DNA of 27,783 nucleotides from Sandaracinaceae bacterium (GTDB lineage Bacteria > Myxococcota_A > Polyangia > Polyangiales > Sandaracinaceae), in assembly GCA_044220955.1 (NCBI GenBank), contig JBGAQA010000088.1, positions 1 to 27,783 on the forward strand, read 5' to 3'. Under the pieces are notes generated by a model. The model was not told the origin of the DNA. It searched no databases and saw only the letters and a list, made by a program, of their open reading frames with translations. Numbering within the stretch: the first letter of the stretch is position 1; the number at the start of each line of letters is the position of its first letter. The position numbers were made by a program, and so were the translations under genes. Shown here piece after piece: positions 1-9,800 of the stretch.

Positions 1-648
1 CTCCTGGCCCAGATGCGCGATCCGGAGACGCGCGCCGACGACCTGCCGGCGCTCTTCGACGCGCTCTCCGCGCTCGGGGACGCGAGCGCGGCGTCCTCGA
101 TCGAGGACTTCCTGCGCCTCTACCACGCCGAGCCGTCCGACTCGGGCCTCGCGCCCGGCCTGACGCGCGGCGTCGCAGCCTACGCTCACCTCGCGGGCCC
201 GACCTCCCGCGAGCTTCTCCAGGCGCTCGGGGACGACGCGCTGACGATGCAGGAGGTGCGCATCGCCGCGCAGCAGGAGATCGCCAACCTCGATCGCGCG
301 GCGAGCGGCGACACCGGCACCGTGGCGGCGACCACCGACGGTGGCGACGGCAGCTCGATGTCCTTCAGCGAGGCCGACGACACGCGGCCGCGCGAGCTGA
401 CGGCCCCGATGGTCGCTCAGATCGTCGACTCTGCCCGCGCGGAGCTCAGGGAGTGCCTCGTCGCGCCGGGCCGCGTGCATGGACAGGCGCGCGTGGTGCT
501 CGTGGTCGAGCCGACGGGCGAGCTCGCGATGGTGTCGGTCAGCCCCGACACCCTGCAGGCCTGCGTCGAGCCGATCATGCGTCGCTTCACGTATCCGGCG
601 ACGCAGTCGCGCAGCCGGCAGCGCGTGACGCACGTGATCCGGCGGTAG
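1..648 (+). CDS. 5'-partial hypothetical protein; helical region plus C-terminal TonB-C/AgmX-PglI-like domain
   Basis: Frame is open from base 1 (LLAQMRDP...) to TAG 646-648, with G/C-rich third positions. The C-terminus (AELRECL...VVLVVEPTGEL...ACVEPIMRRFTYP) resembles AgmX/PglI C-terminal domains by eye. Confidence 0.6.
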   Translation, partial: LLAQMRDPETRADDLPALFDALSALGDASAASSIEDFLRLYHAEPSDSGLAPGLTRGVAAYAHLAGPTSRELLQALGDDALTMQEVRIAAQQEIANLDRAASGDTGTVAATTDGGDGSSMSFSEADDTRPRELTAPMVAQIVDSARAELRECLVAPGRVHGQARVVLVVEPTGELAMVSVSPDTLQACVEPIMRRFTYPATQSRSRQRVTHVIRR

Positions 649-654
649 CGCTCG

Positions 655-1371
655 ATGCGTCGGATCCCGGCGCAAAGGCGGACGCTGCGCGTGGTGGACG
701 GCTCGCTCGCCGCGCCGGGCGTGCGCCTCTTGACGCTCGAGACGGTCGACCGGACCCCCTACGACTACCTCGCAGGGCAGTGGGTCAAGCTCTACCTGCC
801 GGGAGGCATCGAGCGCGACTACTCGATCGCGAGCGCACCCGCCGCACGTGGAGACGGACGCTTCGAGCTCCTCGTGACGCGCGTGGAGGGAGGAGCAGGC
901 TCGAGCGCGCTGCACCAGGTCGCCGCAGGCGACACGCTCGAGTCGCTCGGCCCGAGCGGCCTCTTCGTGCGCGAGGACGACGCCGCGGCGGCGCCTGCCC
1001 TCTTCGTGGGCACCGGCTCGGGCGTCGCACCGCTTCGCGCGATGCTCGAGGCGATGCCGCCCGGCAGCGCCGAGGCCGTGCTCCTCTTCGGCTGCCGTGC
1101 GGAGGCAGACCTCATGTTCGAGGCCCAGTGGCGCGAGCGCGCGCGGGGGCCGGGCTTCCGCTTCGAGCCGACCCTCTCGCGCGCGAGCGCCGGATGGCGG
1201 GGCCGGCGCGGCTACGTGCAGGCACACCTCGGCGCGATCCTCCCCACGATGCCGGCATCGACCCACGTGTACGTGTGCGGGCTCACCAAGATGATCTCCG
1301 AGGTGCGACGTACCCTGCGGGAGGAGCTCGGCGTCGACCGAAGGCGCGTGCACTCGGAGCGGTACGACTGA
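655..1371 (+). CDS. Ferredoxin-NADP reductase-type FAD/NAD(P)-binding oxidoreductase, no Fe-S domain
   Basis: FNR-family motifs GQW, RDYSIAS, GPSGLF, GTGSGVAP, VYVCG and C-terminal SERYD. Confidence 0.9.
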   Translation: MRRIPAQRRTLRVVDGSLAAPGVRLLTLETVDRTPYDYLAGQWVKLYLPGGIERDYSIASAPAARGDGRFELLVTRVEGGAGSSALHQVAAGDTLESLGPSGLFVREDDAAAAPALFVGTGSGVAPLRAMLEAMPPGSAEAVLLFGCRAEADLMFEAQWRERARGPGFRFEPTLSRASAGWRGRRGYVQAHLGAILPTMPASTHVYVCGLTKMISEVRRTLREELGVDRRRVHSERYD

Positions 1372-2348
1372 TGCGCGCAGACGCGAGCGGAGCGCTCACC
1401 GACCTCGAGCAGAAGCTCGCGGACGCGGCGACGCGCTACGCGCGGACGCCCGGCGCGCTCTGGCTGGCGGCGACGGCGATCATCGAGAGCGCCAGCCGCC
1501 TCGGTGAGACGCTGCCTGGAGCGCTCGAGGCACGGCGCGCCGAGCTGCTGGTGAGCGCGCGGCGCGCACGCGACGACGCCGGACCCCGATCGAGCGAGAA
1601 CGACGTCTCTGCGATCACGGTCTGGGTGGAGCTGGCCGAGAAGCGCGCCGTGCTCGAGCGCGGCGTCAAGGCGGCGCTCGCCACGCTCGCGACCCATCGC
1701 GCGGAGCACGTGACGCTGGGCCCGGTGCCGCGCACGCGGAAGGCGCTCGAGAAGGCCCTCCTCGAGCGCGAGAAGGACGTGACCGAGCGCGACGCGCGCC
1801 TCGCCGAGCCCCAGGACGAGCTCGAGAGGGACGAGCTCGAGCTGCTTTCGGAGCGCGGCGTCCAGGCACCGCCCGACGCGGGCGCGAGCGACGCGGAGCT
1901 CCTCGCGCGCGCGCGCGCCGCCCGCGAGCGCCTGCGCGCCTCGCCGAGCCCGTGGCACTCCTCGGTGCTCTTCGGCGCCGCGATCATCGCGCTCTTCACC
2001 ATTCCCTTCGTGGACTCGGACCTGCTTCGCGAGCTCCTCGCGGGCGCCGTCCTGGCGGGACTCTCGGGGGGCTTCGTGGCGCGCGACCGCGCGGACAAGG
2101 TCCGGCGGAGCGACCTCTTCGAGGCATACGCGATGCGTCGTCGGGACCAGGTCCGCGCGTCCGCGGCCAAGGAGGACCACGCGCGCCTGGTCGCGGCCGG
2201 GCGCGCGCTCGGCGCGCTCGACGCCTTCGGCGCGACGTCCGAGGGCCGCACCCTCGAGGAGCGCGAGGGGAAGCTGGTGGCGCTCGCCCCGTGGATCCGC
2301 GAGATGGTCGACGGATTCGATGCCGACGAGGCCGCGCGCTTCGCCTGA
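1371..2348 (+). CDS. Hypothetical membrane protein, helical/coiled-coil with two TM segments (325 aa)
   Basis: ATG 1371 overlaps the upstream stop (TGATG). It is the credible 3' part of ORF 453..2348. Hydrophobic stretches VLFGAAIIALFTIPF and LLAGAVLAGLSGGFV. Confidence 0.75.
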   Translation: MRADASGALTDLEQKLADAATRYARTPGALWLAATAIIESASRLGETLPGALEARRAELLVSARRARDDAGPRSSENDVSAITVWVELAEKRAVLERGVKAALATLATHRAEHVTLGPVPRTRKALEKALLEREKDVTERDARLAEPQDELERDELELLSERGVQAPPDAGASDAELLARARAARERLRASPSPWHSSVLFGAAIIALFTIPFVDSDLLRELLAGAVLAGLSGGFVARDRADKVRRSDLFEAYAMRRRDQVRASAAKEDHARLVAAGRALGALDAFGATSEGRTLEEREGKLVALAPWIREMVDGFDADEAARFA

Positions 2349-2372
2349 GGTCCCTGCCGCGCCGGGGCGCGT

Positions 2373-3284
2373 TCAGAGGATGTTCTGCACCTGCTCGCGC
2401 AGGCGCTCGATCTCGGTCTTGAGGTCGACGACGGTGCGCGCCAGCTCGGCGTCGGCGCTCTTCTGACCGATCGTGTTGGACTCGCGTGCCATCTCCTGCA
2501 GCAAGAAGTCGAGCCGGCGCCCCGTGACCGTGTCGTCGTCGAGGAGCATCAAGCGAAACTGCTCGGCGTGGCTCCGCAGGCGCGTGCACTCCTCCGTGAC
2601 GTCGCAGCGGTCCGCGAAGATGACGATCTCCAGCTCGAGGCGCCGGTCGTCGACGGGGAACGACGGGCCGACGAGCTTCTCGATGCGCTCCTCGAGCCGC
2701 TTGCGCATCGCCGCGACCACCGCGGGCGAGCGCAGCTCGATCGCCGAGACGAGCTCGAGCAGGCGCGCCAGGCGGCCCTCGAAGTCGTGCGTCAGGGTGT
2801 TGCCCTCGCGCTGGCGCATCATCGCGACGCCCTCGCACGCGAGCTCGGCGGCGCGCGTGAGGGAGCTACGGACCAGGCTCGTGTCGGGCCGTCCTCGCGC
2901 CACGAAGAGCTCGGGAACCGACGCGAGCAGGCCGAGCGGCACCGGGTCGCGCGGCGAGAGCGCGTCGCGCAGCGCCACCAGCTGCTCGAAGGCCGCGCGC
3001 GCGCGCGTCGCGTCGAGGATCGGCTCGTCGAACGCCTCCCCCTCGGTCCGCACGGCGATCTCGATCCGCCCGCGCACGAGCATGCGGCGGGCGATGTCCT
3101 CGACCAGGGGGGTGTGCTCCGCGAGCTCGGGCGGAAGGCGCGAGCGCACCTCGAGGTAGCGGTGGTTCACCGCTCGGATCTCCACCTCGACACGTCCCGT
3201 CCGGAGCGCGGCCGAGCCCACGCCGTGGCCCGTCATGCTGCGAACGCAGCCTCGGGCGCGGAGGTCGGGGTCCGGGCGATCCAT
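2373..3284 (-). CDS. yicC: YicC/YloC family endoribonuclease
   Basis: RSMTGHG, EIRAVNHRYLE, DVTEECTRLRSH, GRRLDFLLQEMARESNTIGQKS, EIERLREQVQNI. Start is ATG 3284 or 3236. Confidence 0.93.
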   Translation of the reverse strand: MDRPDPDLRARGCVRSMTGHGVGSAALRTGRVEVEIRAVNHRYLEVRSRLPPELAEHTPLVEDIARRMLVRGRIEIAVRTEGEAFDEPILDATRARAAFEQLVALRDALSPRDPVPLGLLASVPELFVARGRPDTSLVRSSLTRAAELACEGVAMMRQREGNTLTHDFEGRLARLLELVSAIELRSPAVVAAMRKRLEERIEKLVGPSFPVDDRRLELEIVIFADRCDVTEECTRLRSHAEQFRLMLLDDDTVTGRRLDFLLQEMARESNTIGQKSADAELARTVVDLKTEIERLREQVQNIL

Positions 3285-3335
3285 CGGTGTCGACAGAATC
3301 GCCCGGGAGCCGACCGGCCGCAAGGAGGGGCCCCG

Positions 3336-4955
3336 CTACTTCGCGAGCTCGCGCGCCTTCATGACGAGCGCCACGGCGACGAGCGTCGCGAGGGCGGCCG
3401 AGACGATCGAGCCGATGACGGCGAGGCTCGGCCCGAAGCTCGTCGCACCCAGCACGAGGCCGATCGCCGGAAGCGCCGAGAGCGCGCGCGCCCCGTTCTC
3501 GGTCACGCGCGCGCGGAACATGCGCGCGAGCGCGAGCCCGACGGCCGCCGCACCGAGCGCGGCCAGCAGCATCAGCGCGGCCAGCGCGCCCCGCGCCGAG
3601 AGATCGCTGCCGCCGCGCGTCATCGCCGCGGCGAAGAGCGCGCCCCCGACGGGAAGCATCAGGCCGCTCACGGCGATGCGCGGAATGTCCTCGCGCGGCG
3701 CCTCCATGAGCGCCCCGTCGCGATCCGGGCGCAGGATGCGCTCCACGCGGCCGTCCTCGATGCGGATCGCGAAGTCCCCGGGCGAGCCATCCGCCTCGAC
3801 GAAGTGCGGCTGCTGCACCATCCCGCGCTCGGTCCCGATCTCGAGGGGCGTCGCCTGGGCCGTCCCGTCGATGACGCGGATGAAGCCGTGCCACACGCGC
3901 TCCGGCTCCATGCGCTGGCTGACGGTCTCGAAAGGGGAGTCGTAGAAGCGCACGGTGTCGAGCTGCCGCGTCGTCTCGGTCGGGCGCGCGTACGCGCTGG
4001 TCGCCCCGATCGCGAGCCCCACGAGGGTGGCCAGGACGACGTGGGCGAGCACGGGCAGCATCGCGGCGGCGGAGTGCGCCTTCGCCGCGCGAGGCTGCGC
4101 GAGCGCGGCGAGCGCACCGTCGGTCCCGCTGGGCGCGGCGATGACCGGGAGCATCGACGCGATCGACGCGGCGGCGATCTCGCCGACGAGCGCGCCCGAG
4201 AACGAGCGGATCTGCGGCGTGCCGTCGAAGGCGTCCTCCAGGACGGCCGCGAACGTCCCGATCGCGCGCGCGGGATCGTAGAACATCGCGAGCAGGCACG
4301 CGGCCGTCAGGACGACCAGCGCGGCGAGCGTCGTCCAGCCGAGCCACGCCTTGTCGCGCCCGAAGAACGCGAAGAGCGCGGCCGCGGTGGCCACGCCGAA
4401 GCCGATGGGTTCCGCGCTGCCCGGCAGGAGCTGCTCGGCCGCGTCCACGACCGCCGTGCCGTGCAGGCCACCGACCACGGCCACGGCCGCCACCGGCGTG
4501 AGCACGAGCAGCGCGTGACCGAGCAGCTGCACCCGAGGCTCGGCGTCGGCGAGCAGGCGCGCGGCCAGGCTTCCGTCCTCGCGCGCCTTCTTGCCAGCCT
4601 TGCCGGGCGGCGCAGTCCGCGCGAGCAGTGCCTCGCCGAGACGCAGCGGCGCGATCAGGAGGCCGAAGAGCCAGAGCCAGGCGAGCGCGCCTGGCCCGCC
4701 GAGGCCGATCGCGGTCGCCGCCGACACGACCGCGCCGGCGCCGATCGTCGCCGCGCTCGAGAGCGCGAGCGCCGTGGCCGGATGAACGGAGCCCTCGGCC
4801 TTGGGATCGTGAGCGTTGATCGCCCGGAACGCCTCGGCGAGCCGGGTGATCTGCGGCGCGCGCATCAGGATGGTCGCGACGAGCGCACCGATCACGAGCG
4901 CGGGCAGCGCGACCCAGGGCCAGAGCGCATCCCGGAGAACGACGAGCGATTGCAT
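3336..4955 (-). CDS. Alanine/glycine:cation symporter (AGCS)-like membrane protein, divergent
   Basis: Multiple TM helices. ATIGAGAVVSAATAIGLGGPGALAWLW resembles the AGCS signature (ATVGTGNIAGVATAIxxGGPGAxFWMW). ATG at 4955. Confidence 0.75.
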   Translation of the reverse strand: MQSLVVLRDALWPWVALPALVIGALVATILMRAPQITRLAEAFRAINAHDPKAEGSVHPATALALSSAATIGAGAVVSAATAIGLGGPGALAWLWLFGLLIAPLRLGEALLARTAPPGKAGKKAREDGSLAARLLADAEPRVQLLGHALLVLTPVAAVAVVGGLHGTAVVDAAEQLLPGSAEPIGFGVATAAALFAFFGRDKAWLGWTTLAALVVLTAACLLAMFYDPARAIGTFAAVLEDAFDGTPQIRSFSGALVGEIAAASIASMLPVIAAPSGTDGALAALAQPRAAKAHSAAAMLPVLAHVVLATLVGLAIGATSAYARPTETTRQLDTVRFYDSPFETVSQRMEPERVWHGFIRVIDGTAQATPLEIGTERGMVQQPHFVEADGSPGDFAIRIEDGRVERILRPDRDGALMEAPREDIPRIAVSGLMLPVGGALFAAAMTRGGSDLSARGALAALMLLAALGAAAVGLALARMFRARVTENGARALSALPAIGLVLGATSFGPSLAVIGSIVSAALATLVAVALVMKARELAK

Positions 4956-5026
4956 GGTGGGGCCGCGGTTGTAGTGGGTTTTCGACCGCCGAGCCACGTC
5001 GCGCGCTTCTTGGTATGTCCCGGGCC

Positions 5027-6211
5027 ATGCGCGCCCTCCGCCCCGCCACCCTCGCCGTCCACGCCGGCGATCACGCCGACCCGCACACCAAGGCCCTCGA
5101 GCCGCCCGGCGTGCGCGCCCCCGCGGCCGCGGTCGCCGCGGCGGGCGACGTGAACGGCGACGGATACGGCGACATCGTCGTCGGCGCCTGCCTGGGCGAC
5201 GGCATGGACGTCGCCCCCACGCACTGCGGCGGCCAGGTCTACGTCTACACGGGGACGTCGTCGGGGACGCTCAACACCTCACCCTTCGCCACGCTCACGC
5301 GCCCGGCGGGCGCGACGACGCAGGGCTACACGGTCTCGAGCGCCGGGGACTTCAACGGCGACGGATACGGCGACATCGTCGCGGGGGACTACTACGGCAA
5401 CCGGGCGATGCTCTACCTCGGGGCGACCTCCGCGGCGGGGATCGTCCGTCGCGATCTGCTGCCCGACGGGGCAGATCCCGGCGAGGGCATGTCGACCGGC
5501 ATGTACGGGATCTCCGTCGCCGGCGTCGGCGACGCGAACGGCGACGGGTACTCCGACGTCGTGGTCGGGCGTGCGCTCGGCACGTGGGCCCGCGGCTATC
5601 TCTACCTCGGCAACGCCGCCGGCACGGTGACGACCGAGGTCGAGCTCGCCGATCCGATGTTCAGCGGCACGAACCTGGGCATCAGCGTGACCGGGCTCGG
5701 TGACGTGAACGGCGACGGGCTCGCCGACATCGGCCTCGGGGGCAACGCCACGCCCGGCCACGCCGCGATCTTCACGGGCAGCGCGACGTGGACGGCCAGC
5801 ACCAGCGTGACGACTGCGTGGCTGCGCTACACGGGGCCCGGCGGCAACTTCGGCGTGAGCGTGATCGGCCCGGGCGACGTCAACGGGGACGGATACGCCG
5901 ACCTCGCGGTCAGTCGCGCCAACGGCACGACGTCCACGTCCGTGTCGCTCCTGCTCGGCGGCACCACGCCGCCCGCGACGCCGTTCTGGACGGTGAACGG
6001 GACGATGGACGGCTACGGCCGCTTCCTCGGGCGCGGCGGCCTCGGCGCGGACACCCTCGCGGAGGTGCTCGTCGGAGAGTGCAGCGGCAACGACAACAAC
6101 GTCGTGTGCACACCGACGGTGCAGATGATCGTCGGCAGGACGACGACCGGCGCGCCCACGACGACGTCGTGGAGCGGCACGGGCTACTTCGGCCAGGGCG
6201 TGTGCCGCTGA
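5027..6211 (+). CDS. FG-GAP (integrin alpha-like beta-propeller) repeat protein with a foreign N-terminus; possibly a chimeric pseudogene
   Basis: Five GD(V/F/A)NGDG(Y/L)xD repeats plus one degenerate copy. No signal peptide. Start is ATG 5015 or 5027. Confidence 0.85.
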   Translation: MRALRPATLAVHAGDHADPHTKALEPPGVRAPAAAVAAAGDVNGDGYGDIVVGACLGDGMDVAPTHCGGQVYVYTGTSSGTLNTSPFATLTRPAGATTQGYTVSSAGDFNGDGYGDIVAGDYYGNRAMLYLGATSAAGIVRRDLLPDGADPGEGMSTGMYGISVAGVGDANGDGYSDVVVGRALGTWARGYLYLGNAAGTVTTEVELADPMFSGTNLGISVTGLGDVNGDGLADIGLGGNATPGHAAIFTGSATWTASTSVTTAWLRYTGPGGNFGVSVIGPGDVNGDGYADLAVSRANGTTSTSVSLLLGGTTPPATPFWTVNGTMDGYGRFLGRGGLGADTLAEVLVGECSGNDNNVVCTPTVQMIVGRTTTGAPTTTSWSGTGYFGQGVCR

Positions 6212-6227
6212 GCGGCATGGTCCTGGC

Positions 6228-6833
6228 GTGAGCGGCCCTCCCCGGTGGCCGAAGGGCCCCTTCCCCGAGAGGTACCGCGCACGCCCGACCCACGAGCGGC
6301 TCGCCGGCGCCTGGGCCTCCGATCGAGCGCGCGCGGCGCTCGATCGGGCGGCGGCGCTCGGGCTCGCGCCGCACCCGCGCCATGCCGATCCCTTCTATCG
6401 CCTGCTCGGCCCGGCGACCGACGAGGCGCTCGAGGCGCTGCGCCCGCTGCCCGGGATCCTGCCCTTCCGGTGGTGCTTCGGCACGCGCGACGACGTCGTC
6501 GTTCCTGCCGACGGCGCGCTGATCGGGCTCGCACCGACCGACGACGCGATCGAGGCCCTGCTCGTCGTCGGGACGTCCGGCCCGACGCACGGCATCGGCA
6601 GCGCGGCGGTCGCGCGCTTTCTCACCACGCTGCGCTCGTTCTCGCGCTACCGCCTCGAGGCGCTCGGCGAGGAGCGCATCGAGCTCGCGATCACCCCGCG
6701 CGATCTCGCTGCGGCAGGCCTGATCGCCGACCGGATGCGCCACGTGTGCCCGCCGCTCGCGCGCGCCCACCCCGACGCCGCGCCCCTCGTGGCCGAGCTG
6801 GTAGCGGGACGCTTCGTGATGGACTGGCGCTGA
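6228..6833 (+). CDS. DUF4253-like protein
   Basis: GTSGPTHGI...IEL...HVCP...LVAELVAGRFVMDW follows the DUF4253 pattern (GTxGxNY...FCPD...LWWD) as I recall it. GTG start. Confidence 0.6.
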   Translation: MSGPPRWPKGPFPERYRARPTHERLAGAWASDRARAALDRAAALGLAPHPRHADPFYRLLGPATDEALEALRPLPGILPFRWCFGTRDDVVVPADGALIGLAPTDDAIEALLVVGTSGPTHGIGSAAVARFLTTLRSFSRYRLEALGEERIELAITPRDLAAAGLIADRMRHVCPPLARAHPDAAPLVAELVAGRFVMDWR

Positions 6834-9800
6834 GAGCCGGCCGAGCGCTCTCGCTCTCGCTCTCGCTCTCGCTCTCGCTCTCGCTCTCGCTCGGCTTCAC
6901 GCTCTTCTCCGCGAGCACGCCGCCCTGGGCCTCGAGGCACCGCCGCAGCGCCTCCTCGTCGATCGTCCCGTCCGGTCGCCTCGCCAGTGCGTAGCAGTCG
7001 ACACCGCCCCCCGCCGCGACGCGGGCCGGGTGCTCGTCCGGGGCGAGCGGCGACGCCGTCGGTGCTGCCGGCTCCGGGCTCACGGTCGTCGGCACCGCCC
7101 AGCCCCCGCCCAGCTCCGAGAGATCCGCGAGGTCGGCCCGCATGCGCCCCATCGAGCCGCTCCCGTACGCCATCCCCGTTCCGGCGCCTTCGGCCGGCCC
7201 GCCGTACTCGCGGGCGACCGCGCCCGCCGGGTACGGGTCCTGCGGCGCGCTCGCTGCCGACGTGGCCGAGCGCTCGGCGGGCGCCTCGGCGGTGCTCGCG
7301 CCCATTCCATCCGGCAACGCGCTGGGCTCGTGCACGCGCACCGCCGGACCCTCGACGTGGTAGCCCTCGTCGATCGCGAGGAACGCCGTGTAGTCGGTGA
7401 GCAGGTGGTGTGCGAGGCCGATCTGCGTGACCTCCTCGACGAGCGCGGGCGTCTCGGCGAGCGTCATCGCGGTCGTGAGGTCCGCGATCCGCGCGCGGGC
7501 CCACATCGAGCCGAGCTCCGGCCGCGCCTCGCCGCTCGACGCGAGCGACACGTCCACCTGCTGCGAGAACGGGCGGCCGGCGATGCGCCCGCGGATCGTG
7601 ACCGTCTGGTGGCCGGCGCGCGTGAAGTGCGCGGTGACGCGCAGCGGGCGGTCGGCGAAGAGGTCCGGCAGGCGCCGCGGGTACACGTCGCTGACCGCCA
7701 GCCCGCCCCAGTCGATCGACACGTCGGTGAGGAAGGGACGCGCGATGCGCGCCGCGAACGCGTCCGCCAGGGCCGCGGGATCTTCGCCCGGCAGCACGAC
7801 CTGCACGTCACCGCGGCCTTCCTCGGCCACGCGCGTGAGCAGGTAGCGGTTCACGGCCGAGCCGACGCCGAGCGCGAACACGCGCGCCTGCCCGAGCGAG
7901 TCGTGGACGGCGCGGAACACGTCGGTCTCCGTCCCGATGTAGCCGTCGGTGAGGAGGAGCACCATCCGCATGCGCCCGTCCTCGCCGGCCGGGGTGAGCG
8001 CCGCGCGGATGCCGCCGACCATCTCGGTCGAGCCGAGCGCGCGCAGCCCGTGCACGAACGTGATCGCGCGCGCGACGTTCTCCGGGCTCGCCGGCAGCGG
8101 CGCCTCGCTCAGCGGATCGACCGCGTCGCTGAACGCCAGCACGCGGAACGTGTCGGTCGGCCGCAGGCCGTGCAGCGCGTGCTCGACGGCGGCCTGGGCG
8201 AGCGCCATCGGCCGGCCGTTCATCGAGCTCGAGGTGTCCACGAGGAACACCAGCTCGCGCGGCATCACCTGATCGTCGGCGACGGCGAGGCTCGGGTGAA
8301 TCGCCAGCGCGAACGTCCCGACGCCGCCGTCGACGGGCGGGCTCTGCTCGATCGCCACGGTCGGCGCCGCGCCCGCGACGTGGAAGCGCACCTCGAGGTC
8401 GCGGTCGGGACGCGCTGCCTCGGCGAGCGTGACGTGCGCGACGTGCGCGTCGTTGCGCTGCACCGTGAGCGGGTGCGTCGGCGAGTCGATGGACGCGACG
8501 CTGGTGCCGAGATCGGCGTCGATCGTCACCTCGACGCGATCGGGTCGCTCGCCGTTCGGCGCGAGCACGACCTGGTGGAGGTCGCCTCCGGTGCCCGAGC
8601 CCGTGCCCGTGGCCGCGGCCGCGCCCGCCTCGTCCGGCACGTAGCGGGGCCCCGCGACGAGCGGATACGTGAACCGGTAGCTGCCGTCCTCGTAGTCGAG
8701 CGCCGACACGTAGGTGAGCGTCACGGAGATCGCATCGCCCGGTCGGATGTTCGCGACGGACTCGCGGAAGAGGTTCGGCCGCTCCTGCTCGAGCAGGCTG
8801 GCGAGCACCCCGCGCTCGCGCGCGTCCTGGTAGTCGGCCTGCGCGCGCTCCCGCCGATCGATGTGCGCGCGCACCGTGCGATCGCCCGCGCGCAGGGTCA
8901 TCGAGTCCACCGCCGAGCTCTCCGGCAGCGGGAAGAGGTACACCGCCTCGACCGGCCGCGTGTACGGGTTGCGGAACGTCTGCTCGACGGAGACCTCGGC
9001 GACGAACCCGGTCACGCGCGCGGTGACGTGCGTCGACTCGAGCGGGAAGCCCGCGACCTCTCCGTCCCGCGGGGCCGAGCCGAGCGCGAGCGTGCCCTCG
9101 CTCGGGCGCTCGTCGGGCTCTGGCGTCGCCGCGTCGCCCGTGACGGGACCCGCGTGCCGCGCGTTGCCGCCCCACATGTGCCAGCCGTCGAGCGTGTCGT
9201 CGCCGACCTCGAGGCCGACGACGCCACCGCGCGTCGTGGAGGCGTACACCCAGCCGTGCGCGATGGTGGGCTGCGAGGCGATCGGCTCGCCCACGTCGTA
9301 CGCCCACGCCGTCAAGCCCGTGTCGATGTCGAGGCCGTACACGACGCCGTCGCTCGTGCCGAACACGAGGAGCGACCCGCCGATCGCGGGCGAGCTCGCG
9401 GGGCGCGTGTGCACCTCGTCGGTGTACTCGCGCCGCCAGAAGAGCTCGCCCGTGTCGGCGTCGCGCGACTGCACCTCGTTGCCGATGGTCTGGTAGACGC
9501 GGCCGTCCACGATCGTCGGGCGGGAGCCCTCGAAGCCCCAGCCCGACTCGGTGCTGCCGTCGAAGATCGGCCCGTGCAGGAAGCTCGCGTCCACGGGCTC
9601 CGCCTCGCGCAGCGTCTCGCCGTTGGTCGCGCGTAGCACGACGGCGCGCTCGACGGTGTGGCGGTGGCCGTCCTCTCCTTGCTCGGTCGCGCGCCGCGTC
9701 ACGTGGAGCGTCTCGCCGTCGAGCCAGGGCGCGCTCGTCGCCCCGATCCGGCGCTGCCACATCACGCGGCCGCTCGCCTGCGAGAAGCGGTGCACGACTC

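Noticed and set aside
453..1370. N-terminal 306 aa of the 631-aa ORF 453..2348
   Set aside because: Arg/Ala-rich off-frame read of two real genes. The credible start is ATG 1371.
2568..5153. Long ORFs 2568..5153 (+) and 2866..5049 (-)
   Set aside because: Antisense or alternate-frame shadows of yicC and the symporter, typical of high-GC DNA, with no motifs.
5144..5910. Recurring GGCGACGTGAACGGCGACGG-like DNA repeats as a CRISPR or non-coding array
   Set aside because: They are in-frame FG-GAP coding repeats about 170-200 bp apart with synonymous variation. No CRISPR array, tRNA or rRNA was seen in the window.
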